Assembly (NCBI GenBank): GCA_965267575.1
Contig: OZ254086.1
Location: 4,032,001-4,096,000, forward strand
Length of the DNA stretch: 64,000 nt
Reading direction: 5' to 3'
Source of the DNA: Calditrichales bacterium
GTDB taxonomy: Bacteria > Calditrichota > Calditrichia > Calditrichales > J004
Shown: positions 36,232 to 44,810 of the stretch, piece after piece
Layout of the letters: each line of letters begins with the position of its first letter
Numbering within the stretch: the first letter of the stretch is position 1
The notes under the pieces: model-generated
The model's input: only the letters and a program-made list of their open reading frames with translations
The model's database searches: none
Told to the model about the DNA's origin: nothing
Position numbers and translations under genes: made by a program

Positions 36232-37236
36232 CTATTCCTCTTTGTACTGCTGGGCGTAAAAACGCTGATACTCTTCCTGCTTTTCCTTGATGGCCCGCCA
36301 CCACTTTTCGTTTTCCACGTACCACTTCACCGTTTTCTCCAGCCCTTCGGCCAGCGGTGTGGTCGGTTTCCAGCCCAGCGCCTCCGTCTTGCTGATGTCC
36401 ACCGAGTAACGTCGGTCATGGCCGGGACGGTCCTGTACATATTTGATCAAAGAATCGGGCTTTTTAAGCAGCTTCAATACCGTATGCGTGATGAAAATAT
36501 TTTCCTCTTCATTGCCGGCGCCGATGTTGTAGACCTCACCGGGGACGCCTTTATGCAGCACGGCATCCACGCCGGCGCAGTTGTCTTCCACGTACAACCA
36601 GTCGCGCACGTTTTTGCCGTCGCCGTAAAGCGGCAGTTGTTTGTCATCAATAGCGTTTGTAACAAAGAGCGGGATCAATTTTTCAGGATACTGGAACGGC
36701 CCGTAGTTGTTGCTGCTGCGGGTTATCAGCGTGGGCACACCGTAGGTTTTATGGTATGAGCGCACCAGCAGGTCACCACCCGCTTTGCTGGCGGAATAGG
36801 GACTGTTGGGCATCAGCGGATCGTCTTCTTTAAAAGAGCCGTCATCGATGCTGCCGTAAACCTCGTCGGTGGAGATATGCAGGAAGCGCTCAATGCCGTG
36901 TTTTTTGGCTGCTTCCAGCAACACAAACGTGCCGCGCACATCGGTGTTTATAAAAGCGCCCGCCTCATGGATCGAGCGGTCCACGTGTGTTTCGGCGGCA
37001 AAGTTGACCACGGCGTCCACGTTGCTCATCAGGTTGTCTACCACCTCTTCGTCGCCAATATCACCGTGGTAAAAGAAAAAGCGCGGGTCGCCTTCCAGGT
37101 CCTGCAGGTTTTCGCGGTTACCGGCGTAGGTCAGCGCGTCCAGCACGATGATGCGGTAGTCATATTTCTTCAGCATATAGCGCACAAAGTTGGAGCCGAT
37201 AAAACCGGCGCCGCCCGTTACCAGGATAGATTTCAT
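36232..37236 (-). CDS. rfbB: dTDP-glucose 4,6-dehydratase
   Basis: TGGAGFIGSN, FAAETHVDRSI, STDEVYG, YSASK, EKLIP, DRPGHDRRY. Confidence 0.96.
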   Translation of the reverse strand: MKSILVTGGAGFIGSNFVRYMLKKYDYRIIVLDALTYAGNRENLQDLEGDPRFFFYHGDIGDEEVVDNLMSNVDAVVNFAAETHVDRSIHEAGAFINTDVRGTFVLLEAAKKHGIERFLHISTDEVYGSIDDGSFKEDDPLMPNSPYSASKAGGDLLVRSYHKTYGVPTLITRSSNNYGPFQYPEKLIPLFVTNAIDDKQLPLYGDGKNVRDWLYVEDNCAGVDAVLHKGVPGEVYNIGAGNEEENIFITHTVLKLLKKPDSLIKYVQDRPGHDRRYSVDISKTEALGWKPTTPLAEGLEKTVKWYVENEKWWRAIKEKQEEYQRFYAQQYKEE

Positions 37237-37370
37237 TTTTTCTCCATAAATTTGAACAGTTTACACATTAATACTTGAAACATTCATGATGAATGATAAT
37301 GTTTACGGAAACATGTTGTGACCGTTGGCAGTTATCAGAAACGCTTGTGAAATTTCATGAATTGAACTTT

Positions 37371-40214
37371 ATGCCGCAAATAAAAGCTTTCCCCTTAAAA
37401 TTCCTTTTTACGATTCTGTTCGTCCTCGTGCTCTGTCCCCTGCTGCTGGCGCAGGGATTTTATTTTGGCCGCAACAAGGTCCAGTACACGGATTTTGACT
37501 GGCGGGTAATGAAGACCGAGCATTTCGACATTTACTATTACCCGGAAATGGAAGAGATCGCCCGTAAAGGCGCCCATTTCGCCGAAGAGAGTTTCCGCAA
37601 GCTGGAGCCCAAGTTCAACCACTCGGTGTCGCGGCGTATCCCGCTGATATTTTACAGCACGCACCTACACTTTCAGCAGACCAACGTAACACCCGGCTTC
37701 ATCCCCGAGGGAGTCGGCGGTTTTTTTGAATTCCTTAAGGGTCGTGTGGTTATTCCGAGCAACGGCGATCTGGCAAAATTCCGCCACGTGATACAGCATG
37801 AGCTGGTGCACGTTTTTATGCACAGCAAGGTCTACACGGTGCTGCGCAACAACGGCCGGCTGGACGGACCTTTTCCCCCGCTCTGGTTTACCGAAGGGCT
37901 GGCGGAGTTCTGGTCTTCGGAGTGGGACGCCCAGGCCGAAATGGTTTTGAAGGACGCCGTTCTGCACAATTATGAAACCGGGCTGAGCAACATCTGGCGC
38001 ATCCTGGGCACCTTCACCATGTACAAGGTGGGCCAGGACGTGATGATCTATATCGCCGAGAATTACGGCGAAGACAAACTCCTGCTGCTGATGGAAAATC
38101 TCTGGAAATATGAGAGCTTTGAGGAGAGCTTCAAAGAGGTGCTGGGTGTGGATTATGCCGAGTTTGACCGCCATTACCTGCCCCATCTGAAAAAGCGCTA
38201 TTACCCCAAACTGGCCGATGAGGATTTTAACCGCATTACCGATAAAACAATCGTGCGCGACGGCTATAATTTTAAGCCGGCCTGGTATAAGGAAAAGAAC
38301 GGTACTGAAAACGTGGTTTTTGTGGGCAACCGCACCGGCTACAGCAGCATCTTCATGAAGCCGCTGCGCGAAACACCTCTGGACCGGGAAGAAAACGTGG
38401 AAGTGCTGATCAAAGGCGAGGCTTCATCCGATTTTGAGGCATTCCATATTTTCGACTCCAAGATTGATGTTAACAAAGACGGCGTGCTGGCCTTTACCGC
38501 CAAAAGCGGCGAAACAGACGCGCTTTACCTTTACGACATCCCCAACCGTGAGATAAAAGCCAAGCACTATTTTGAAAATATTGTCGGATTGTATTCTCCC
38601 GCCTGGTCGCCGGACGGCAAACAACTGGTTCTTAGCGGATTGTCGGAATCGGGCTATGCCGATATTTTCCTTTTTGATTGCGAGACAACGGAGCTACGCA
38701 GGCTAACCGACGACCCCTATTTTGACACATCGCCATCCTGGGCGCCCGACGGCAAAACCATCGTCTTTTCATCCAACCGCACGGCCGTTGGCGAAAAAGG
38801 CTACCGTAACCTGTTTTTAATGGACATCGCCAGCGGTACGATCGATTATCTGACCTATGGCGAACAGGTGGATGATGTACCGGTTTTTTCAGCCGATGGC
38901 AAGCGCCTGGCTTACACGTCGGATGCCGGCGGAAGCTACAACATTTATCTTATCAACAATCCGCTGCAAAAGCCGCATAAAGAGCAGGAGCCCCTTGCCG
39001 TGCGCAAACTGACTTCATCGGTGGGCGCCATCTTTGACCCGGAATGGATGCCCAACGGCGACCTGCTCTACGGCACTTTCGAAGAAGCCAGTTTCCAGAT
39101 ACGCCAGCTACAGAACACCGACGAACGGCTGCAGAAATCGCAAAAACAAACCCAGTTGCCCCTGGCCCTCAACGACGAGCTTTGGGATTACCCGACACTC
39201 AACAAATCGCGCATTTCCGCCGACAAGCCCTATGTAAAAGACTACGACCTGGATATCGTTCAAACTCAGGTTTCGGAAGACCCCATTTTTGGCACCACCG
39301 GCGGCGCACAACTGGCTTTCACCGATCTGATGGGCAACGAGCAATACAACATTCTGCTTTACAATAACGCCCGCGGCACCTCGGACTTCTGGGAAAGCTT
39401 CAACTTCGCCGTCACCAAAATCTCCCTTGGGCAAAAAGTCAATCACGGCTACGGCGTGTTCCGCTTCGCCGGCCAGTTCTACAATCCGCAGGACGCCTTT
39501 TATTTTGAAGACCGCGTTGGCGCCTTTTACGCGCTGATCTACCCTTTTTCGCAGTTTTCTCGCGTGGAGTTTAACCAGAGCATCAGCTACTCGGATAAGG
39601 AGTGGACTTTTCTGGAGCGCCGTTTTGCCTGGCTAAACACATCCTATATCAGCTTCATTCACGATAACGCCATCTGGTCGCCAACCGGCCCCATCGAAGG
39701 GCGGCGGCTGAACGTGACGCTGGGCAACACCTACGATTTCGCCTTCTCCAACGTAAACTATCTCACCGGGCTGGTGGATCTGCGCTATTACCACCGGCTG
39801 GGACTGAGGACTGCCTACGCTGTACGCCTGATGTCGCTGTTTAATGAAGGCCGCGAGACACGCCAGTTCTATTTCGGCGGCAGCTGGGATTTGCGCGGCT
39901 ATTCGCGCTGGTCGCTGCGCGGGCAACGGGTTTTTCTGCTCAGCCAGGAATACCGCTTTCCGCTGATCGATGTGGTGGGTATGCGTCTGCCCTGGTTTTC
40001 GCTGGGCTTCAGCTCCATCCGCGGGGCGCTCTTTTTTGATGTCGGCCAGGCCTGGAACGAAGACCTGGACGAGGTGCTGGGCTCGTTTGGCGTGGGCGCT
40101 CGGCTGCCGCTCGGACGCTTCCTGGTGCTGCGCTGGGACTTTGGCAAAACCACCGACTTTAACCGAATCTCCGACGGCATTTTCACACAATTCTTTTTTG
40201 GATGGGATTTCTGA
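37371..40214 (+). CDS. Omp85-family protein with N-terminal gluzincin peptidase and PD40 beta-propeller
   Basis: FGRNKVQY, HELVH..WFTEGLAE, PAWSPDG repeats, barrel motifs GGSWDLRGY and LFFDVG, C-terminal Phe; ORF is open from 37293. Confidence 0.85.
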   Translation: MPQIKAFPLKFLFTILFVLVLCPLLLAQGFYFGRNKVQYTDFDWRVMKTEHFDIYYYPEMEEIARKGAHFAEESFRKLEPKFNHSVSRRIPLIFYSTHLHFQQTNVTPGFIPEGVGGFFEFLKGRVVIPSNGDLAKFRHVIQHELVHVFMHSKVYTVLRNNGRLDGPFPPLWFTEGLAEFWSSEWDAQAEMVLKDAVLHNYETGLSNIWRILGTFTMYKVGQDVMIYIAENYGEDKLLLLMENLWKYESFEESFKEVLGVDYAEFDRHYLPHLKKRYYPKLADEDFNRITDKTIVRDGYNFKPAWYKEKNGTENVVFVGNRTGYSSIFMKPLRETPLDREENVEVLIKGEASSDFEAFHIFDSKIDVNKDGVLAFTAKSGETDALYLYDIPNREIKAKHYFENIVGLYSPAWSPDGKQLVLSGLSESGYADIFLFDCETTELRRLTDDPYFDTSPSWAPDGKTIVFSSNRTAVGEKGYRNLFLMDIASGTIDYLTYGEQVDDVPVFSADGKRLAYTSDAGGSYNIYLINNPLQKPHKEQEPLAVRKLTSSVGAIFDPEWMPNGDLLYGTFEEASFQIRQLQNTDERLQKSQKQTQLPLALNDELWDYPTLNKSRISADKPYVKDYDLDIVQTQVSEDPIFGTTGGAQLAFTDLMGNEQYNILLYNNARGTSDFWESFNFAVTKISLGQKVNHGYGVFRFAGQFYNPQDAFYFEDRVGAFYALIYPFSQFSRVEFNQSISYSDKEWTFLERRFAWLNTSYISFIHDNAIWSPTGPIEGRRLNVTLGNTYDFAFSNVNYLTGLVDLRYYHRLGLRTAYAVRLMSLFNEGRETRQFYFGGSWDLRGYSRWSLRGQRVFLLSQEYRFPLIDVVGMRLPWFSLGFSSIRGALFFDVGQAWNEDLDEVLGSFGVGARLPLGRFLVLRWDFGKTTDFNRISDGIFTQFFFGWDF

Positions 40215-41323
40215 TGCGCCTGCTGACCGGATTTTTGATTTTTCTGCTTCTTGCTGCCTGCCAGAAGCCTTTGCTGCGCGGTACGGCTGACGGGGACGAC
40301 GAGCGTTTTTTCCTGCGCCATTTTTATGCGCGCAATAATATCCAGAATATTACGCTGCCCGATTCACTGCAAACCTCGCAGGTGGAATCTCTGCGCGGCC
40401 TGCCTTGGCTCAGCCTGATCGATTACCGCGGCGAGCTGTTGTTTACCACGCACAACGGCTTCCTGTACAGCGGCAAAGGACTGGACGACCTGGGCAAGCT
40501 GGAAGTCTCCGAAGGCATCAGCGGCATACCGGCGCTTTTGGGAGACACGCTGTTTGTAAGCAGCGCCCGCGGCAAAAACGGACTGGTCGCCTACAACGCG
40601 CGCAGTGGTGAGATCATCTGGGAAAAAAGAGGCCTGCTTTCGGAAAGCGCGCCGCTGGCAATGGACGGTCGCGTTTTTCATGCCGCGCTTAACGGCCGGC
40701 TGATCGCGTATGACACCAACGGCGAGCAGCTTTGGGAAAACCACCTGGAACACGCCATACGGGCACCACTGGCCGGTCAGGATGGCAAGCTTGTGGTGGC
40801 CACTGCCGATGGCGAGGTACGTTGTTATCACATGCAAAACGGAACGCTGGCCTGGGCCATAAACCTGGCTTCTGCGGTTCTCGCCGCCCCCATGATTTAT
40901 GAAAACAATGTGTATCTCCCGGCCTACGACGGCTCCCTGCATGCGATTAATCTCGACAGCGGTGAAAGGGTCTGGCGCAAAGAGCTGGGTACGCCCATTT
41001 ACTACAGCCCTTCCGGGGTCGATGGCGTTCTCTATATTGGTCTGCCCAACCGCCTTGTGCTGGCCCTTGATGCGGCGGATGGCAACGAGATATGGCGCAG
41101 CGAACTGGACGGTCCGCCCACAGCGCCACCGCTTGTAACGGATGGCGAGGTTCTCCTTGGAACCGCTCAAAAATCGCTATTCAGGCTTGGCAGGGAAAAT
41201 GGCCGCAAAATTCAAAGACTAAAGCTGGAGGCCAAACCACGCAGCACGCCACGCATCTACGGGGGTAAACTTTACATTTCAATGGAGCCGGACCTGCTGG
41301 CCGTTATCGGGGAAAAGAAATGA
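40214..41323 (+). CDS. BamB-like PQQ-type beta-propeller lipoprotein
   Basis: Lipobox LAAC; repeated A.....G...W propeller motifs; start overlaps the upstream stop. Confidence 0.82.
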   Translation: MRLLTGFLIFLLLAACQKPLLRGTADGDDERFFLRHFYARNNIQNITLPDSLQTSQVESLRGLPWLSLIDYRGELLFTTHNGFLYSGKGLDDLGKLEVSEGISGIPALLGDTLFVSSARGKNGLVAYNARSGEIIWEKRGLLSESAPLAMDGRVFHAALNGRLIAYDTNGEQLWENHLEHAIRAPLAGQDGKLVVATADGEVRCYHMQNGTLAWAINLASAVLAAPMIYENNVYLPAYDGSLHAINLDSGERVWRKELGTPIYYSPSGVDGVLYIGLPNRLVLALDAADGNEIWRSELDGPPTAPPLVTDGEVLLGTAQKSLFRLGRENGRKIQRLKLEAKPRSTPRIYGGKLYISMEPDLLAVIGEKK

Positions 41324-41922
41324 GCTATTTAAAATCTATATGGGCAGGATTGCTTTTGTTGGCCGCCGTTGTTTCCGCGCAGGAAGGATATGTACATCTC
41401 AAAGGTGAGGAAACCTGGATCATTCAGTTAAACGATATGACTTTCCAGGCCGGAGATACGCTTTTAGTGGTAGCCGAGGGTAAGAGCGTATTGACGGCAA
41501 GGCCGCTGCTAAATTACAGCTGGCCCGGCATTTTACTGAAAGATACGTTGAATGTACGCGCAGCGGATACCTTGCTGGTCGAGCTAAACGCCGCCCGAGC
41601 CAGACCGGTGGCCGCCCGTAAAGCCGACACCATGACGGTCAACCGGCCCTACTCGCCCACCTTCGAGCGGGAAACGCCCGCCTGGCGCGGTAAAGTCAAA
41701 ACAGGGCTCATTATAACCGCCGTGGCCGGCAACTGGCTCTCCTTCTACCTTAAACGCCAGGCCGATGACGCCTACGACCGCTACCGCAGCGCATCGGACT
41801 TAGGAAGAATTAACGACGCGTACGACAAAACCCTCCTTTACGATGACCTCTCGGCTGCCACACTTGGCATAGCCACCGCCGCCCTCAGCGCCTACATCTA
41901 CCTGGAGCTAACCGACGACTGA
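41320..41922 (+). CDS. Hypothetical exported protein with C-terminal hydrophobic helical hairpin
   Basis: Signal peptide; ADDAYDRYRSA..YD between two hydrophobic segments; ATGA coupling to the upstream gene. Confidence 0.65.
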   Translation: MSYLKSIWAGLLLLAAVVSAQEGYVHLKGEETWIIQLNDMTFQAGDTLLVVAEGKSVLTARPLLNYSWPGILLKDTLNVRAADTLLVELNAARARPVAARKADTMTVNRPYSPTFERETPAWRGKVKTGLIITAVAGNWLSFYLKRQADDAYDRYRSASDLGRINDAYDKTLLYDDLSAATLGIATAALSAYIYLELTDD

Positions 41923-42003
41923 GTCTAAACTTCAAATAAAAGCATAAATCCCAAATGCGCCGCCTGCATAGACGTTTTGAGAGCCTTATGTTCAAGGCGA
42001 AAC

Positions 42004-42846
42004 TCATTTTAGAAGGATCATTCTCTTGGTTTGGGTACGGCCTTCAGCCCGCAATTGATAGTAATAAATACCGCTAGATAGAAACCCTGGCTCAAAGGAG
42101 ACATTATGCTTTCCCGCAGAAAGTTTTTTGTTGATCAATGAAGCCATGAGCTGTCCCAGATTATTATAAATGTTTATTCTAACGAAAGACCTTTCGGGAA
42201 TCTTAAAAGAAATGATAGTAACGTTGTTAAACGGATTGGGGTAGTTTTGTGATAAGATCAGATCTTCAGGAAATGCATATTGGTTTTCTTTTGTGGAAGT
42301 AACATAATTACCATATTCAATAGAATCTATTCTCATCCAGGTTAGGTTTTCATATTCAAAATAGCCACCAATTCCCTGATAAATGTGAGTTGATAATCCA
42401 TATGATTCGGAGAATATATATGTCCATTGAAAAAAATCCATAGAATTATAATAGATTTGAAGCTGGTTGGCCATGATCGGAAGATTGCCCACAGAGTCAG
42501 TATTTACAGTATCGGCTTCAGAAAAATCGAACAAACAATATTCACTATCCTCTCTACTGGTATCATAAATAAAAATTTTTTGATATAAACTATCAAAACG
42601 CTCAAACATAAAAAAACTATCAGGCATAATGAACCTTATAAAATACTTTTTCCCGTTCCCTGCTAATGTATCACCAATGACCGAGTTTATTTTATAAGTT
42701 GTGTCCGGATCAAAAAGGGCATCAGTAATTACCTCATACTGCCATTCATTTCCAATTTTTATGGGGTAGTATTTTGCGGCGAGTGAATCTGTTTGCGCGA
42801 ATAAAAAACTAGCTGAAAAGAGAAGAAAAAGAAGAAGTTTTTTCAT
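42004..42846 (-). CDS. Secreted protein with T9SS type A-like sorting domain (AT-rich gene)
   Basis: Signal peptide, YYPIKIGNEWQY, QNYPNPFN..LSSGIYYYQL..KRMILLK. Confidence 0.8.
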   Translation of the reverse strand: MKKLLLFLLFSASFLFAQTDSLAAKYYPIKIGNEWQYEVITDALFDPDTTYKINSVIGDTLAGNGKKYFIRFIMPDSFFMFERFDSLYQKIFIYDTSREDSEYCLFDFSEADTVNTDSVGNLPIMANQLQIYYNSMDFFQWTYIFSESYGLSTHIYQGIGGYFEYENLTWMRIDSIEYGNYVTSTKENQYAFPEDLILSQNYPNPFNNVTIISFKIPERSFVRINIYNNLGQLMASLINKKLSAGKHNVSFEPGFLSSGIYYYQLRAEGRTQTKRMILLK

Positions 42847-42887
42847 TTTCCTAACTCCGCATAAAAAACCATATCAATATAAAGAAA

Positions 42888-43865
42888 CTACTCTTCCATC
42901 AAAAACAAATCCGGCAATTTATCCAGAACATTCTGCAACGTTTCCGGCAGAACACTTTCAAACTGAACGTTTTGTTCGCTCAGGGGATGGATAAAGCTTA
43001 GCCTTTGGGCATGCAAAAATTGGTAGGGCAGCATTTTTAGCAGGTGTTGTCCGCGCTTACGCAGGTTTTGCGGCAGCCGCGCCAGTTGCTTGTCACGGCC
43101 GTTGTAATCGGGGTCGCCCAACAGCGGATAACCCAGGTGGCTCATGTGCACCCGTATCTGATGGGTGCGGCCTGTTTCCAGCCTTAGTTCCAGCAAAGCA
43201 AAAAAGCCGTAATCACGCGAGACACTGTAGTGGGTAATCGCCTCTTTACCTGTTCGGGCAACGGCCATGCGCGTGGGGTCTTTCCTGCTGCGATTGATAT
43301 GCGTATGAACGGTGCCCTTTTTCTCCGATGGCACGCCCCAGGATAAAGCGCTGTATTCGCGGGAAATGGTCTTTTTATCGAACTGTGCCCGCAAATGGGC
43401 CATGGCTTTTTCCGTCCGGGCCACCACCAGCAGGCCGCTGGTGTTCTTATCCAGGCGATGCACAATACCCGGCCGCTCGATGTTTTGCTGTCGCGCCAGC
43501 TTGGAAGTATGCGCCAGCAGCGCGTTCACCAGCGTATTGCCGTCGCTCCCCTTGCCGGGATGCACGGTTAATCCTGCCGGTTTGTTCACCACGATTATAA
43601 CGTCATCTTCATAAATAATATCAACGTCAATTTCGGGCGCCGGTGTTAAATCCAGAGGGCGGCCTTCTATTTCGATGGTAATATGGTCATCCGCGTTGAG
43701 CCTGTAGCCGGGTTTCTCGCTTTGGCCGTTAACCAGGATGGAACCGTCTTTGATATGTTTGGTGAAGTAGCTGCGGGTATGTTCGGGATATCGTTCGTTC
43801 AGGAATTGATCGAGACGCTGTCCCGCGCTTTTTTCATCGACCCGGATATGGTCATGAAGAGGCAT
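42888..43865 (-). CDS. rluD: RluA-family pseudouridine synthase with S4 domain
   Basis: RLDQFL, NKPAGL.VHP, HRLDKNTSG, GRTHQIRVH. Confidence 0.92.
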   Translation of the reverse strand: MPLHDHIRVDEKSAGQRLDQFLNERYPEHTRSYFTKHIKDGSILVNGQSEKPGYRLNADDHITIEIEGRPLDLTPAPEIDVDIIYEDDVIIVVNKPAGLTVHPGKGSDGNTLVNALLAHTSKLARQQNIERPGIVHRLDKNTSGLLVVARTEKAMAHLRAQFDKKTISREYSALSWGVPSEKKGTVHTHINRSRKDPTRMAVARTGKEAITHYSVSRDYGFFALLELRLETGRTHQIRVHMSHLGYPLLGDPDYNGRDKQLARLPQNLRKRGQHLLKMLPYQFLHAQRLSFIHPLSEQNVQFESVLPETLQNVLDKLPDLFLMEE

Positions 43866-44415
43866 GGTTCGATTGTGTCTGTTCTTCCTTTGGCGCGCTC
43901 AGCGGATCACCCTTGATGATGATGAACAGGAAGAGAATCGTCATGCCTGTACTGACGGCGATATCGGCCACGTTAAACACAGGCCAGCGCGTTAAACCGT
44001 CAAATTGTAGCTGAAGAATAGAGAAGGAAGGGATGTCGAAAAACTCGAAGTCCAGGAAATCCACGACACTGCCGCGAATAAAACGATCGCTCAGATTGCC
44101 AATGGCGCCGGCGGCGATTAACGAAATGGCTGACTGCAAAGGCCAGCTTTCATTGCGCAAGCGGTACAGGTAATAAAACACAAGCCCCGCCGCGAAAAGA
44201 GATAATCCCATAAAAAGCCAGGTATTGTCGATGCGTAAACCGAAAGCCATGCCCGGATTTTCCACATAGGTAAAACGGAAAAAATCACCCCAAACCGGGA
44301 TGGATTCACCCAGCCTCATTTGCGTTTTTGTTATGTACTTGGTGACTTGATCCAGAACAAGGACTACCGCAATCAACAGTCCAATCTGTAAATAGGAGAG
44401 TTTCTTTCCGGGCAT
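43852..44415 (-). CDS. lspA: Signal peptidase II
   Basis: DQVTK, NPGMAFG, GAIGNLSDR, VVDF, FNVAD. Confidence 0.96.
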   Translation of the reverse strand: MPGKKLSYLQIGLLIAVVLVLDQVTKYITKTQMRLGESIPVWGDFFRFTYVENPGMAFGLRIDNTWLFMGLSLFAAGLVFYYLYRLRNESWPLQSAISLIAAGAIGNLSDRFIRGSVVDFLDFEFFDIPSFSILQLQFDGLTRWPVFNVADIAVSTGMTILFLFIIIKGDPLSAPKEEQTQSNHASS

Positions 44416-44801
44416 CAGCGTTTGCTTTTATTCTCCGCCAGTTTAGCTTCAACACTGATTGTGGTCGTTGGTACGGCTTCCAGCCTTTGCCGCGCGATCA
44501 ATTTTCCGGTAATTCGGCAGATGCCGTACGTACCGTTGTCGATGCGCTCAAGAGCTTCATCAATCTGCTTGAGATATTTTTCGTCCCGTGCCGCAAACAT
44601 AAAGGCCTTCTCACGTTCCATGGCATCTGTACCCTGGTCGGCCATATGGAAAGAGTACGACGAGTGGTCGCCCGAAGCGTCGCGTGTCGTCTCGTCCAAA
44701 ACCGTCTTGCGAAGGTATTCCAGATTCGTTACAACCTTCTCGCGCTTCTTAAGGAGCAACTGCTTAAAGTACTCCAGATCCTCTTTTTTCATCTTTTCCA
44801 T
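44415..44801 (-). CDS. TraR/DksA-family regulator with a single Cys in the finger region
   Basis: HMADQGTD coiled-coil tip, ALERI..GTYGIC, RLEAVP. Confidence 0.9.
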   Translation of the reverse strand: MEKMKKEDLEYFKQLLLKKREKVVTNLEYLRKTVLDETTRDASGDHSSYSFHMADQGTDAMEREKAFMFAARDEKYLKQIDEALERIDNGTYGICRITGKLIARQRLEAVPTTTISVEAKLAENKSKR

Positions 44802-44810
44802 GAATTCCTC

